From positions 1 to 64,000 of the forward strand of contig JBGAIQ010000011.1 of NCBI GenBank assembly GCA_044225365.1: a stretch of DNA of 64,000 nucleotides. The letters are read 5' to 3'. Position 1 is the first letter of the stretch. Each line of letters starts with the position of its first letter. Shown here in pieces: positions 46,978-56,145 of this stretch. The translations under genes were made by a program, and so were the position numbers. The stretch is from Planctomycetota bacterium. GTDB lineage: Bacteria; Planctomycetota; B15-G4; JADJEK01. Below the pieces are notes generated by a model, which searched no databases, was not told the origin of the DNA, and saw only the letters and a list, made by a program, of their open reading frames with translations.

Positions 46978-49900
46978 ATCTCGCGATATCTTCGCCTCTG
47001 CGGCTTCCTGCTCTTCGCTTGTCCGGCCTTCGCGGCGAACGAAGTCTCGCTGCCCGCGCGCTTCGACTTGAAGCCCGCCGTGGCCGGCTACAAGGCCGGC
47101 TACACCGGCGTCGACTCGTCGCAGACGTTTACGAGCGGGACCGGCTACGGCTTCGAGTCGCCCGCAACGGATTCGCGCTACGGCGGGCATCCGTGCGACG
47201 ACGTCGTCGACCGCGACGATCCCGAGCGCGACCTGTTGCGCGGTTGCGTGCGGGTCGCGAACGGCACGCGCTTCTCGGTGCGACTGCCGCCGCTCACGAA
47301 GGTCCGTGTCCGCGTCGTACTGTCGAGCGTTCCGTTCTGGTACTCGCCGGGAACGACGCATTATCAAATCTCGCCGTCGCGGATCGACGACCTCTCCATC
47401 TCCATCACCAAGGGCAGTTCGAGTGCGGCGATCGTCGCGGGCAACATCGATCTGCGGACCGCGTGGCAGAAGGGGTCGCTCGACACCGAGATCGGCTCGT
47501 ATCGCAAGGTCTGGTTCACGGGCACGAGCGGCAATGACGGCGTACTGCGCATCGGGTTCTTCGGTCCCTCCGGCGTCCTCATCCCGATCGCCGCCGTCGA
47601 GGTGTATCCGTTCGAGGCCGCGCCGCTCGTCTATCACCGTCAGGGATCGGTCTGGCTCGCGAGCCCCACCGGCGCGAACGTCCCCGGCCTCGCGTCGTTC
47701 CACGCGCATGACTACGCCGCCGCTCGCGCTGCATTCGCGACGATCGGCGATCCCTTGTTGCGCGCCTACGCCTTCGCCTTCATGGGCGGCTGGCTCGATG
47801 GAACGAGCGACGATCCCGGCGCCGACCTCCTCGCCTGCGAATCCGCGCTCGACGATCCCTCGCTCGCGACCGATCCGCGCGCCATCGAACTGCGCGACGA
47901 ACTCTCCGACTTCACCTGCGCCGAGAAGCACTATCGACTGCGGGGCTTCTCCTGGTCGTATCCGATGCCGCCGGAAGGCGAGGGTTGGTTCAACAGCACC
48001 GACCCGAACGTCTTGCTGTGCGCGTCGTCGACCGCGAAGTCCGCGGAGAAGCATTACTATCTGGCCGAGGCGATCTACGCGCAGGCTTGCGGACATACGA
48101 TCGATCCGATCGTCGCGGAGAATGCGGGCACGCACACCGATGGCGAGTTCGAGCCCTCGCCCTTCGCATTCCGATCCCTCGAGCGCATCAGTGCGATCCA
48201 TCTCGGCCTGAACGCCACGCACGGTTACATCTCGGGCGGCGCCGCGCAGGCGGGCAAGCTCGCGGCGCTCGATCTCGCCGAAGCGATCCTTCGCGCATTC
48301 GATACAGGAAGTTTCCTGTCGAAGGAGTTCGCCGGCAACTCGGGACTCGCGTCGCTCGCGTATTCGGCCCGACCCGAAGTGCACCATCACAGTGAGAACG
48401 GTGGCCTCTTCACGAACTGGGACGGCACGGATATCTCGATGACGGCCTTCGACCCCTCGAAGGCTTGGTGGAAGAATTCGATCCTCGCGCAGGATCCGGA
48501 CCCGAGCGTGCCGCCGTGGGCCGATCTCGAGCGACGCTATCTCTCGCTCTTTCGCGCCGGTGTGAAATGGTGGGTGCTCACTGCTGCGAAGAACCACGAA
48601 TATGGCGGCGGATTCGGCGACGACCCGGAACTCGCTGGCCTGCTCGTCCTTCCCTATGCCGCGATCGAACATCCGTCGGATCAGGCGATTCGTGATGAAC
48701 TCGTGGCGGCCGGTCAGAAGACTCTGAATTCGAGCTGGGTCGGAAATGGTTATTACGACGACGTCGCGATCGACGTGGAACACTCCGCGGAATTCACGAC
48801 GTATCCCCTGCTCACCAGCCTCTCACTGAAACCGAAGGAGCCGGCGTTGATGCAGCGGTGCCTCGACGTCGCGCGCCATCTGGCGGCGCCGCCCTCGGGA
48901 TCGCAGCCGTGGACGGTCGTCGACGCTCAGGGAAGGCGATTCTTCGCTTCCTACATCTTCAACTCCGCGGGCCCGGTCGACCTCACGGATCCGAACGCCG
49001 CGCCGTTCGGGATCGATGTCCCGCTCGACTGCAAGGCACTCGTGCCCTCGCTCCTGTTCCTCGGCCAGATGAAGAATCCGACTCTCCAGTCCGACCTCTT
49101 CGATTGGCTGAAATCGTGGCGCGACGAGGCGATCGCGCCCGCCGCGCCGCTTCCGAAGGGCTTGGTTCCTGCGGGCATTCGCGCCCTCGACCATTCATAC
49201 GGCACGAACGGCCATTGGTGGGAAGTCCCGGTCGCCCCCAATTCCTACTGTTTCCCGGCGAACCTGTCGCAGATGGTCCAACTCTACGCCGGCTTCTTCG
49301 GCGACGCGCACGATCTCGACGACCAGACTCCTTATAAATGGCTCCTGCCCGCCCTTCGCCTCACGCAGGGCGTGCTCGGACTCGAAGCCGCGATCGCCGC
49401 CGGTCAGACGCCTTCCGACGTCGGCACCGTCGGCACCGCCAACTGGGCGCTCGATCAACTCCGCGCGTCGAGCAGCTTCTGGCAGCTCGCCGCGTGGTCG
49501 CGTCCCCGCTTCGCCACCGATTCATACCTGCGCACGACCGACGACCCCGAGGTCGGCGGCACGTCGCCCTACGTGAGCGATACGTTCCTCAGCACGCTCG
49601 ACGCCGCGCTCAGTGTCCACGACGTCGGTTATCCGACGCACCTCGCCGTGCCGCAAGGACCGATCGACGTCCAGGGCGGCCAATACGGTCGAAAGGGGAA
49701 GAACGGCCTCACGATGCAACTGACGCGCGGGACGAAGTGGCTCACGAACTACTTCCCGCTCGCGACGACATCGGTCCTCTACACCGATCGCGCGTTCCTG
49801 TTCAACCAGTCGTCGCACCAGACGCTCTACGGCATGCTCACGGGCGGCGACGTCGGACTCGCGGCGCCCAACAACGTGTGCACCTGGACGACGCCGGCGC

Positions 49901-50748
49901 CGGGAGACCCTCCGCTCGACGTGAGCATCCTCGTCAACGACCTTGCCACCGGCGCGGGCGGGACGAATCCGCGCTTGCGTGTCCTGCTCTTCAATTTCGA
50001 GAACGGGCAACGCAACGTCGGCATCCGCCTGTGGCATCGCCTGCCGTTCGGCCAGTACGCCCTGCGATACGGCGAGGCGCTCGCATCGACGGACTACTTC
50101 AAGAATGGCCAATACAACGAGAAGACGATCACCTTCGACCAACGCGGTGACGAATTCGACTTCCCGCTCGACGGCCGAAAGCTGACCCTCCTCGAGATCG
50201 AGCACATCGGTCCGGCGACGGCCGCTCCCGGCTTCGACCTCGCTCTATCGAACGCGCAATCACCGTTCTCGATGGACTCCGGTCCCGACTTCTTCACCGC
50301 GAATGCCGCCGCCTCGAACTTTGGCGACGCCAGCGTCCCCGCCGCCAACGTCGAAGCGCACGTCGTGGTGAAGCGCGCGACGGGCGAAGCGGTCGTCCTC
50401 GACAAATTGGGTACGACCGAACTCGTGCTTCCGCTCGACTCCGATTTCACGGGTGTCTCGGGGTTCAACGGTTACGACCTCCCGAGCGTCGCGCTCGAAC
50501 GAACTCTTCCTCTGCCGAAGGAAGCGCTCGCACTGCTTTCCTATGGCTGCCGGATCGAGATCACGTTCGTGAGCACACTCCCCGATACCGACGCCACGAA
50601 TGACTCCGTGAAGCTGACGTTCGACGCGTCGACGCTCTCCGGCCTCGACCCCACGATCACGCTGCCGAAGGCGCCGAAGAAGGCGGCGAAGCTCGAGAAG
50701 GCGCTGAAGAAGGCGGGCAAGGCCCTGGCGAAGGCCTGGGCGCCCTGA
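46978..50748 (+). CDS. Large secreted hypothetical protein (N-terminal galactose-binding-like domain, helical core, Ig-like C-terminus); start uncertain
   Basis: Frame is open upstream of TTG 47068 through a signal peptide (RYLRLCGFLLFACPAFA); FD....V.GY..V.....F....GYG motif; YGGG.GDD.E and DVEHSAE. Confidence 0.75.
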   Translation: MSRYLRLCGFLLFACPAFAANEVSLPARFDLKPAVAGYKAGYTGVDSSQTFTSGTGYGFESPATDSRYGGHPCDDVVDRDDPERDLLRGCVRVANGTRFSVRLPPLTKVRVRVVLSSVPFWYSPGTTHYQISPSRIDDLSISITKGSSSAAIVAGNIDLRTAWQKGSLDTEIGSYRKVWFTGTSGNDGVLRIGFFGPSGVLIPIAAVEVYPFEAAPLVYHRQGSVWLASPTGANVPGLASFHAHDYAAARAAFATIGDPLLRAYAFAFMGGWLDGTSDDPGADLLACESALDDPSLATDPRAIELRDELSDFTCAEKHYRLRGFSWSYPMPPEGEGWFNSTDPNVLLCASSTAKSAEKHYYLAEAIYAQACGHTIDPIVAENAGTHTDGEFEPSPFAFRSLERISAIHLGLNATHGYISGGAAQAGKLAALDLAEAILRAFDTGSFLSKEFAGNSGLASLAYSARPEVHHHSENGGLFTNWDGTDISMTAFDPSKAWWKNSILAQDPDPSVPPWADLERRYLSLFRAGVKWWVLTAAKNHEYGGGFGDDPELAGLLVLPYAAIEHPSDQAIRDELVAAGQKTLNSSWVGNGYYDDVAIDVEHSAEFTTYPLLTSLSLKPKEPALMQRCLDVARHLAAPPSGSQPWTVVDAQGRRFFASYIFNSAGPVDLTDPNAAPFGIDVPLDCKALVPSLLFLGQMKNPTLQSDLFDWLKSWRDEAIAPAAPLPKGLVPAGIRALDHSYGTNGHWWEVPVAPNSYCFPANLSQMVQLYAGFFGDAHDLDDQTPYKWLLPALRLTQGVLGLEAAIAAGQTPSDVGTVGTANWALDQLRASSSFWQLAAWSRPRFATDSYLRTTDDPEVGGTSPYVSDTFLSTLDAALSVHDVGYPTHLAVPQGPIDVQGGQYGRKGKNGLTMQLTRGTKWLTNYFPLATTSVLYTDRAFLFNQSSHQTLYGMLTGGDVGLAAPNNVCTWTTPAPGDPPLDVSILVNDLATGAGGTNPRLRVLLFNFENGQRNVGIRLWHRLPFGQYALRYGEALASTDYFKNGQYNEKTITFDQRGDEFDFPLDGRKLTLLEIEHIGPATAAPGFDLALSNAQSPFSMDSGPDFFTANAAASNFGDASVPAANVEAHVVVKRATGEAVVLDKLGTTELVLPLDSDFTGVSGFNGYDLPSVALERTLPLPKEALALLSYGCRIEITFVSTLPDTDATNDSVKLTFDASTLSGLDPTITLPKAPKKAAKLEKALKKAGKALAKAWAP

Positions 50749-50862
50749 TTCGAGTCCCCCGTCGGGCAGCTTCGCAAGATCGAGATCCGTCGTTATGATC
50801 GGCGCACTTCGTCGAAGACGCTTCGACCATCTCGACATCGATCGTTCCGGGAGGTTCCAGTC

Positions 50863-51915
50863 TTGTCGACATCGCTGCTGAAACGTCTGTTGGGGCTTGG
50901 CGCCGTCGCCTGCGTGCTCGCAGTCGGCGCGCACGCTGAGGTCAAGGTCGGCGACAAGGCCGCCGAGATCAAGGCGGACAAGATCCTCAACTCCAAGTTG
51001 AAGAGTCTGAAAGAGGTGCGTGGCTCGCTCGTCCTCTACGAGTACTTTGCGTACTGGTGAGGTCCTTGCAAGGCCGGTGTGCCTCACATCAACCAGTTGG
51101 TTGAGAAGTATGCGAAGAAGGGTCTTGTCGTGGTGGGCTTGACGGACGAGCCCGAAGCTCCGACGGCGAAGTACATCACCGATACGGGCTTCAAGGCGAC
51201 GGTCGTGTTCGAACCGGGCCTGAAGAGCATGAAGGACTATGGTTTCACGGGATTCCCATCGTCCGCGCTCGTGAACTCCAAGGGCGACGTCGTGTGGACC
51301 GGCCATCCCGCTGGACTCACGGAAGCGATCATCGAGGAGAACCTGAAGGGCGCGAGGCCGCCGGGTGCGCCCTCGATCTACGCCGACCTCAAACCGGATA
51401 TCGATGCCCTGCCCAAGTTCCAACCGATCAGCAAGAAGATCGCGGGCGGACAGGTCGGTGCCGGACTCGGTGACATCGAGAAAGCGCTGACGGGCAAGTT
51501 GACCGACGCCGAGAAGAAATCGCTCGACGCCATGTCCACCGAGATCAAGGCGATCTACGACGAAGAGATGAAGGCCGCCGACGAGGCCGTCGAGACCCAG
51601 CGCTGGTTCGATGCCAAGTTCGCGTGGGCGCGCCTCGAAAAGGCGTTCAAGGGCCATACGCTCGCGGAGGAGCCGACGAAGAAGCTCGCGGAACTCGCAC
51701 AGAACACCGCGATCGGTGAAGAGCTGGCCGCTGGACAAGAGATCCAGAAGGCGCTCGCGCTCAAGGAAAAGGATGACGTCGACGGCTGCGTGAAGGCTCT
51801 GAAGCGCGTCACGTCCGGCCCGCTCAAGGCAACGGCCGAGGCGGGACGCGCGGGAAAGCTCCTCGAGGAGATCGAGGCCGAGACCAAGAAGAGCAAGACC
51901 GCACCGAAGAAGTGA
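50863..51915 (+). CDS. Probable exported selenoprotein: TlpA/redoxin (W-U-GPC) plus a helical C-terminal domain
   Basis: GGAGG RBS, signal peptide, VGDKA.E, FAYW-TGA(51058-51060)-GPC...PH.N.L..KY...GL.VVG, GFPS..LV. Confidence 0.9.
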
Positions 51916-51954
51916 GTTCGATCGACGCGTCGCGTGGCTCGCGCCGTGCGCGGG

Positions 51955-53178
51955 TCACGCGATCGCGTTCGACAACTGCATCGCCGCCGAGAGTTCCCCG
52001 TCGATGAGCGACGTCAATCGCTTCTGCATGTCGCTGAGCAGTTTCTCCGTGTCCTTCCCGCCCAGGGGAAAGTCCTTCACGAGCCACTGATCGAGTTGCT
52101 GCTGACGCTCGGCGTGCTTCTTCATCTTGGGGATGAACTCGGCGCCCTTCCGGCGGAACAGCGAGTAGCGCTCCTTCCAGATCTGCTTCGTTTCCCGAAA
52201 CGGCGCACAGTCGTTCGGCAGACAGGCGTCTGCGAATTCGGTCCAGTCGTGAGCGAGTTTCCTAAAAGGCTTCCCCATCGCCTCGATCTTCCTCGACTTG
52301 ATCGCCGCGCCCGCCTCTTCGAGGAATTCAGCGAACAACTCGCGGTGCAAACCGCCGCCGGTCATCGCCTCGGTCGTGGCGTAGACATCGCGCAGTGCGG
52401 AGTAGAGTTTTCCGCCTGGATAGAGTCGCGCCCAGGCCTTCGGATGTTTCTCGTTCTTCAGCGCGCTCGCGAAATCGCGGAGGGCGTCGAGGGAATGCGA
52501 GGCGTTCTTCGGCCGAGTGATCTCGAGCACGCAGGCTTCGATTCCACGGCGAACGGCATTGCTGAGCCGATCGAGAGGGATCGGCGGGGTCCGCACGAGC
52601 GGGACGTGCAGCACCCGATTCTGGGCATTCGCCAACATCGAGCGCGCGGTGAGGAGCGAGTCCGAAGGAACGCTGAGTGTGCCGACGGGAAGGTCGCCGA
52701 GGATCGCGTCGCCATTCGCGGCGTCGAAGCCGTATACGACGACGAGATGGGACCAGCCATGCGCGGCATACTGTTGAGGCAGCCCCCAATGCGAAAGATA
52801 ACAAGGCTGCGTGTAGACGATCGGTAATGCTCCGGCGGCGAGCGCATCGTCGACGCTTCGTTGCGCGAGTTTGCCGGATGGCGATTCCTTCACTTCGAAT
52901 GGAATGCCGAGGCGATCGAGCGCGCCGGCGAGGAACTCGGGGCCGGTCGAATAGAGCTTGTGGCGACCGACGATCGTGATGCCGCTCGTCCATCCCACCG
53001 GATTCGTCGAGTGCGCGTATCCCGCCCCGATCCCACCCGCGATGCCGAAGAGCATCGCCTCGCTCGGCGGCTGACCCTGCGGCGCGAGGCGAACCTCGGC
53101 GCGGGCGAGCGCGGCATGCAATGCGGCGCTCTCGGAGTGTCGTCCTCCGACGTGTGCAATGGCACCTAGCAGGGTCAC
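51955..53178 (-). CDS. BtrH N-terminal/DUF4872-like protein
   Basis: GG.H.ESAAL, SEAMLFGIAGGIG.GY, H.VVVYG.D, GGG..R.LFAEFL.EA; GGAGG RBS. Confidence 0.7.
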   Translation of the reverse strand: MTLLGAIAHVGGRHSESAALHAALARAEVRLAPQGQPPSEAMLFGIAGGIGAGYAHSTNPVGWTSGITIVGRHKLYSTGPEFLAGALDRLGIPFEVKESPSGKLAQRSVDDALAAGALPIVYTQPCYLSHWGLPQQYAAHGWSHLVVVYGFDAANGDAILGDLPVGTLSVPSDSLLTARSMLANAQNRVLHVPLVRTPPIPLDRLSNAVRRGIEACVLEITRPKNASHSLDALRDFASALKNEKHPKAWARLYPGGKLYSALRDVYATTEAMTGGGLHRELFAEFLEEAGAAIKSRKIEAMGKPFRKLAHDWTEFADACLPNDCAPFRETKQIWKERYSLFRRKGAEFIPKMKKHAERQQQLDQWLVKDFPLGGKDTEKLLSDMQKRLTSLIDGELSAAMQLSNAIA

Positions 53179-53351
53179 GGCTCGATCCTCCGATCGACGT
53201 CGCTTCGAGGGGCAGTCTGGTCGCGTTGTCGTCCGCATCGCATCGTACCGGCTCGCTCTTCGGATCTGCATTGCCGCGGTGCGCGGCAATTCGAGTTTCG
53301 GCGCTCTGCTGCTACTCTCACGTCCTGGACCGAACCTCGCGTGAGCCCTCG

Positions 53352-54041
53352 ATGAATGTCCTGAAGTCCGGACTGCTACGCCTCGTCGCCCTCGCGCTCG
53401 TCGCGCTTTCGTGCGAGGCCTCGAAACGGGCGCCGACTGCGCCCTCGCCGCCAACTCCTCCATGGCACGACCTTCTCGCGGGAGTCACTTCGGAGTCGCT
53501 CTCGAACTGGAAGAAGTGCGGTTTCGGGGGCGAAGGCGAAGTCCTATTCGACGACGGCCGTCTCGTGCTCGCGCAGGGCGAGCCCCTGACCGGCATCACC
53601 TGGGCCGGGTCCCCCGAAATGCCGCGCGGGGAGTACGAGATCGAGGTCGAAGCGGCCCGCCTGCTCGGAACCGACTTCTTCTGCGCGCTCACGTTTCCCA
53701 TCGGCGAACAGAGCGCGAGCGTCATCCTCGGCGGCTGGGGTGGATCGCTCGTGGGACTGTCGTGCATCGACGGCGAAGACGCATCGCAGAACGCCACCAA
53801 GACCTTTCGCGGATTCGAACGGAGCCGGTTCTATCGGCTGCGGGTCAAAGTGACGAACGATCGCGTCCAAGGTGTTCTCGACGACACGGACGTTCTCTTC
53901 GACGTCGATCGCGGGGCGCATGCCTTCGCCGTGCGCACCGAGGTGGAGCGTTGCCGACCGCTCGGGATCGCGTCGTACAACACGCAGGCGGCGATCCGGC
54001 GGCTCGCGTGGCGTCCTCTCCGATCGGACTCGCCGAAGTGA
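53352..54041 (+). CDS. DUF1080 (3-keto-disaccharide hydrolase-like) lipoprotein
   Basis: LVALSC lipobox; FGGEGEV, DFFC.LTFP, GGWGG.LVGLS.IDG.DAS.N. Confidence 0.8.
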   Translation: MNVLKSGLLRLVALALVALSCEASKRAPTAPSPPTPPWHDLLAGVTSESLSNWKKCGFGGEGEVLFDDGRLVLAQGEPLTGITWAGSPEMPRGEYEIEVEAARLLGTDFFCALTFPIGEQSASVILGGWGGSLVGLSCIDGEDASQNATKTFRGFERSRFYRLRVKVTNDRVQGVLDDTDVLFDVDRGAHAFAVRTEVERCRPLGIASYNTQAAIRRLAWRPLRSDSPK

Positions 54042-54127
54042 TTCGGATCAAAGACCCGCTTCCGCCATTCCCGAAGCATCCCGCCTCCATTATGGTGGAA
54101 CCCCCTTCGCGCCGATAATCCACGACT

Positions 54128-55825
54128 ATGAGCGAGCCCAGAACCGTCATCGACTTCCTTCGGCTGCGCGCCAAGACCGCGCCGAACAAGCTCCACGCGC
54201 GCTACCTCTTCCCCGATCGCGAACCGGTCGATCAGAGCTACGCACAACTCGAGGATCGCACGCGGCAGTACGCCGCAGCGCTCGAGAAGGTGGGCACGCC
54301 GAAAGGTCGCGTCGTCCTCATCATCTTGCAGCACTGCGAGGACATGCTCCCCGCGTTCTACGGCGCGATGTGGCTCGGCGCGATTCCCGCGTTCCTGCCC
54401 TTCCCCACGGGTCGCCTCCACATCGGCAAGTACTACTCGGATCTGCGCGCACTCATCCAGACGACGGTCCCTCACGCCGTCATCACCTATCGCGAGCTCG
54501 CCGGCGAGCTGAAGGATCTGATCAAGGAGTACGAAAAGCCGCCCCTGGTCCTCGAGCAGGAGGACATCGGCAACGACGCACCCCGCTGCAAGGATCCCGA
54601 TCCGGCGAGCGTCGAGGACGTCGCCTGCATCCAGTACTCGTCGGGCAGCACGGGTCTGCAGAAGGGCGCGGCTCTGTCGCATCGCGCGCTCCTCGCGGAG
54701 TGCGACGGCGTCGGCGACTTCTTCAAGATGTCCGCGAAGGACGTCTTCATCACCTGGGTGCCGCTCTATCACGACTGGGGACTCGTGTGCGATGCGATCC
54801 ACCCGCTCGTGCTCGGCGCCGAGTTCATCCTGATGTCGCCGATCCACTGGGTCGGTCGTCCGGCAGCCGCGCTCGAAGCCATCACGAAGTACAAGGCGAC
54901 GGTCTACTGGCACCCGAACTTCGCGTTCAACTTCATGACGAAGCGCGTGAAGGAAGACGAGATGAAGGGCCTCGATCTCTCGTCGCTGCGGCTGTGCGGC
55001 AATGGCGCGGAGCCCTGCCTCTACGAGAGCCACGAGATGTTCGCGGAGCGCTTCGAGAAGGTCGGCTTCAAGCGCGCCTCGCTCGGCATCGTGTACGGAA
55101 TGGCCGAAGTCGTGAACTCGGTGATCGGCGCGGGCGGTGTCGACAGCGGTGAGCCGATCCAGGTCGACGTCATCGATCGCGTCGCACTTCAGGAGAAGCA
55201 CGAGGCCGTTCCCGTCGCCGCCGATCATCCCAACGCGATGCGCATGCTCGGCGTCGGCCGCGGCTTCAAGGGCACGCAGTTCAAGGTCGTCGACGACGAC
55301 TACGTCGAGGTGAAGGACCGCAAGGTCGGCGAGATCCTGATCCAGAGCAAGGCCGTCTTCCACGGTTACTACAACAACGAGGCCGCGACGAAGAAGGCGC
55401 TGATCGACGGTTTGTCGGGCTGGTACATCTCCGGCGACATGGGTTATCGCGCGAATGGCGTGCTCCATGTGACCGGACGCAAGAGCGACCTCATCATCAT
55501 CGGCGGCGAGAACATCTATCCGCAGGACATCGAGTACATGGTCGCCGAGCATCCGCAGGTGGTCGCGGGCCGCGTGGCCGCGATCGGCATCCCGGATGAG
55601 ACGCTCGGCACTCAGAAGCTCGTGGTCATCGCGGAATCGAAGTCGGAGGATCCCGAGATCGTCCGCGACATCGTCAAGTACGTTCGCCGCGAGGTCGCGC
55701 AGCGGCTCAACGTGCGTTGCGACGAGGTGTACATCGCGCCGCACAAATGGCTGTTCAAGACTTCGTCCGGCAAGATCGCGCGGCAACCGAATCTGAAGCG
55801 CCTCCACGAACTGAAGAAGCAGTGA
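54128..55825 (+). CDS. Fatty acyl-AMP ligase (FAAL)-type adenylation enzyme
   Basis: QYSSGSTG..KG, W.PLYHD.GL, PNFAF, YGMAE plus insertion, GD.G, GRK.DLII.GG.N.YPQDIE, KTSSGK. Confidence 0.88.
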   Translation: MSEPRTVIDFLRLRAKTAPNKLHARYLFPDREPVDQSYAQLEDRTRQYAAALEKVGTPKGRVVLIILQHCEDMLPAFYGAMWLGAIPAFLPFPTGRLHIGKYYSDLRALIQTTVPHAVITYRELAGELKDLIKEYEKPPLVLEQEDIGNDAPRCKDPDPASVEDVACIQYSSGSTGLQKGAALSHRALLAECDGVGDFFKMSAKDVFITWVPLYHDWGLVCDAIHPLVLGAEFILMSPIHWVGRPAAALEAITKYKATVYWHPNFAFNFMTKRVKEDEMKGLDLSSLRLCGNGAEPCLYESHEMFAERFEKVGFKRASLGIVYGMAEVVNSVIGAGGVDSGEPIQVDVIDRVALQEKHEAVPVAADHPNAMRMLGVGRGFKGTQFKVVDDDYVEVKDRKVGEILIQSKAVFHGYYNNEAATKKALIDGLSGWYISGDMGYRANGVLHVTGRKSDLIIIGGENIYPQDIEYMVAEHPQVVAGRVAAIGIPDETLGTQKLVVIAESKSEDPEIVRDIVKYVRREVAQRLNVRCDEVYIAPHKWLFKTSSGKIARQPNLKRLHELKKQ

Positions 55826-55833
55826 GCGAGCCC

Positions 55834-56076
55834 ATGGCCATCGACCGCGAACCCATCGTCGCCTACCTCGCCGAGAAGATCGGCGGCGACCGCAGCCTGC
55901 TCCCGAAAGGGGCGGATTCGCTCGTCGACGAGGGCATCCTCGACTCGTTCGGACTCGCCGATCTCGTCGCGATGATCGAGAAGGCGTACGGAGTGAAAGT
56001 GCCGGACAAGGATCTGGCGCTTGCGAACTTCGACACGGTCGACAAGATCGCGAGCTACGTCGAGAAGCGAAAGTAG
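55834..56076 (+). CDS. Acyl carrier protein (DltC-like)
   Basis: L...GILDSFG phosphopantetheine site, NFDTV..I..YV; alternative GTG 55822 overlaps the FAAL stop. Confidence 0.88.
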   Translation: MAIDREPIVAYLAEKIGGDRSLLPKGADSLVDEGILDSFGLADLVAMIEKAYGVKVPDKDLALANFDTVDKIASYVEKRK

Positions 56077-56145
56077 TTTCGCGGCTCGATCCGGCGATCT
56101 TCCGCACGACCCGCACTACCAAAGTCTCGAGGCACGTAGAGCCCC

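Noticed and set aside
54111-54119. Sigma-28 -10 box GCCGATAA before the FAAL gene
   Set aside because: There is no TAAA-like -35 at the proper spacing; it could equally be a GATAAT -10 for a leaderless transcript, so it is unsupported.
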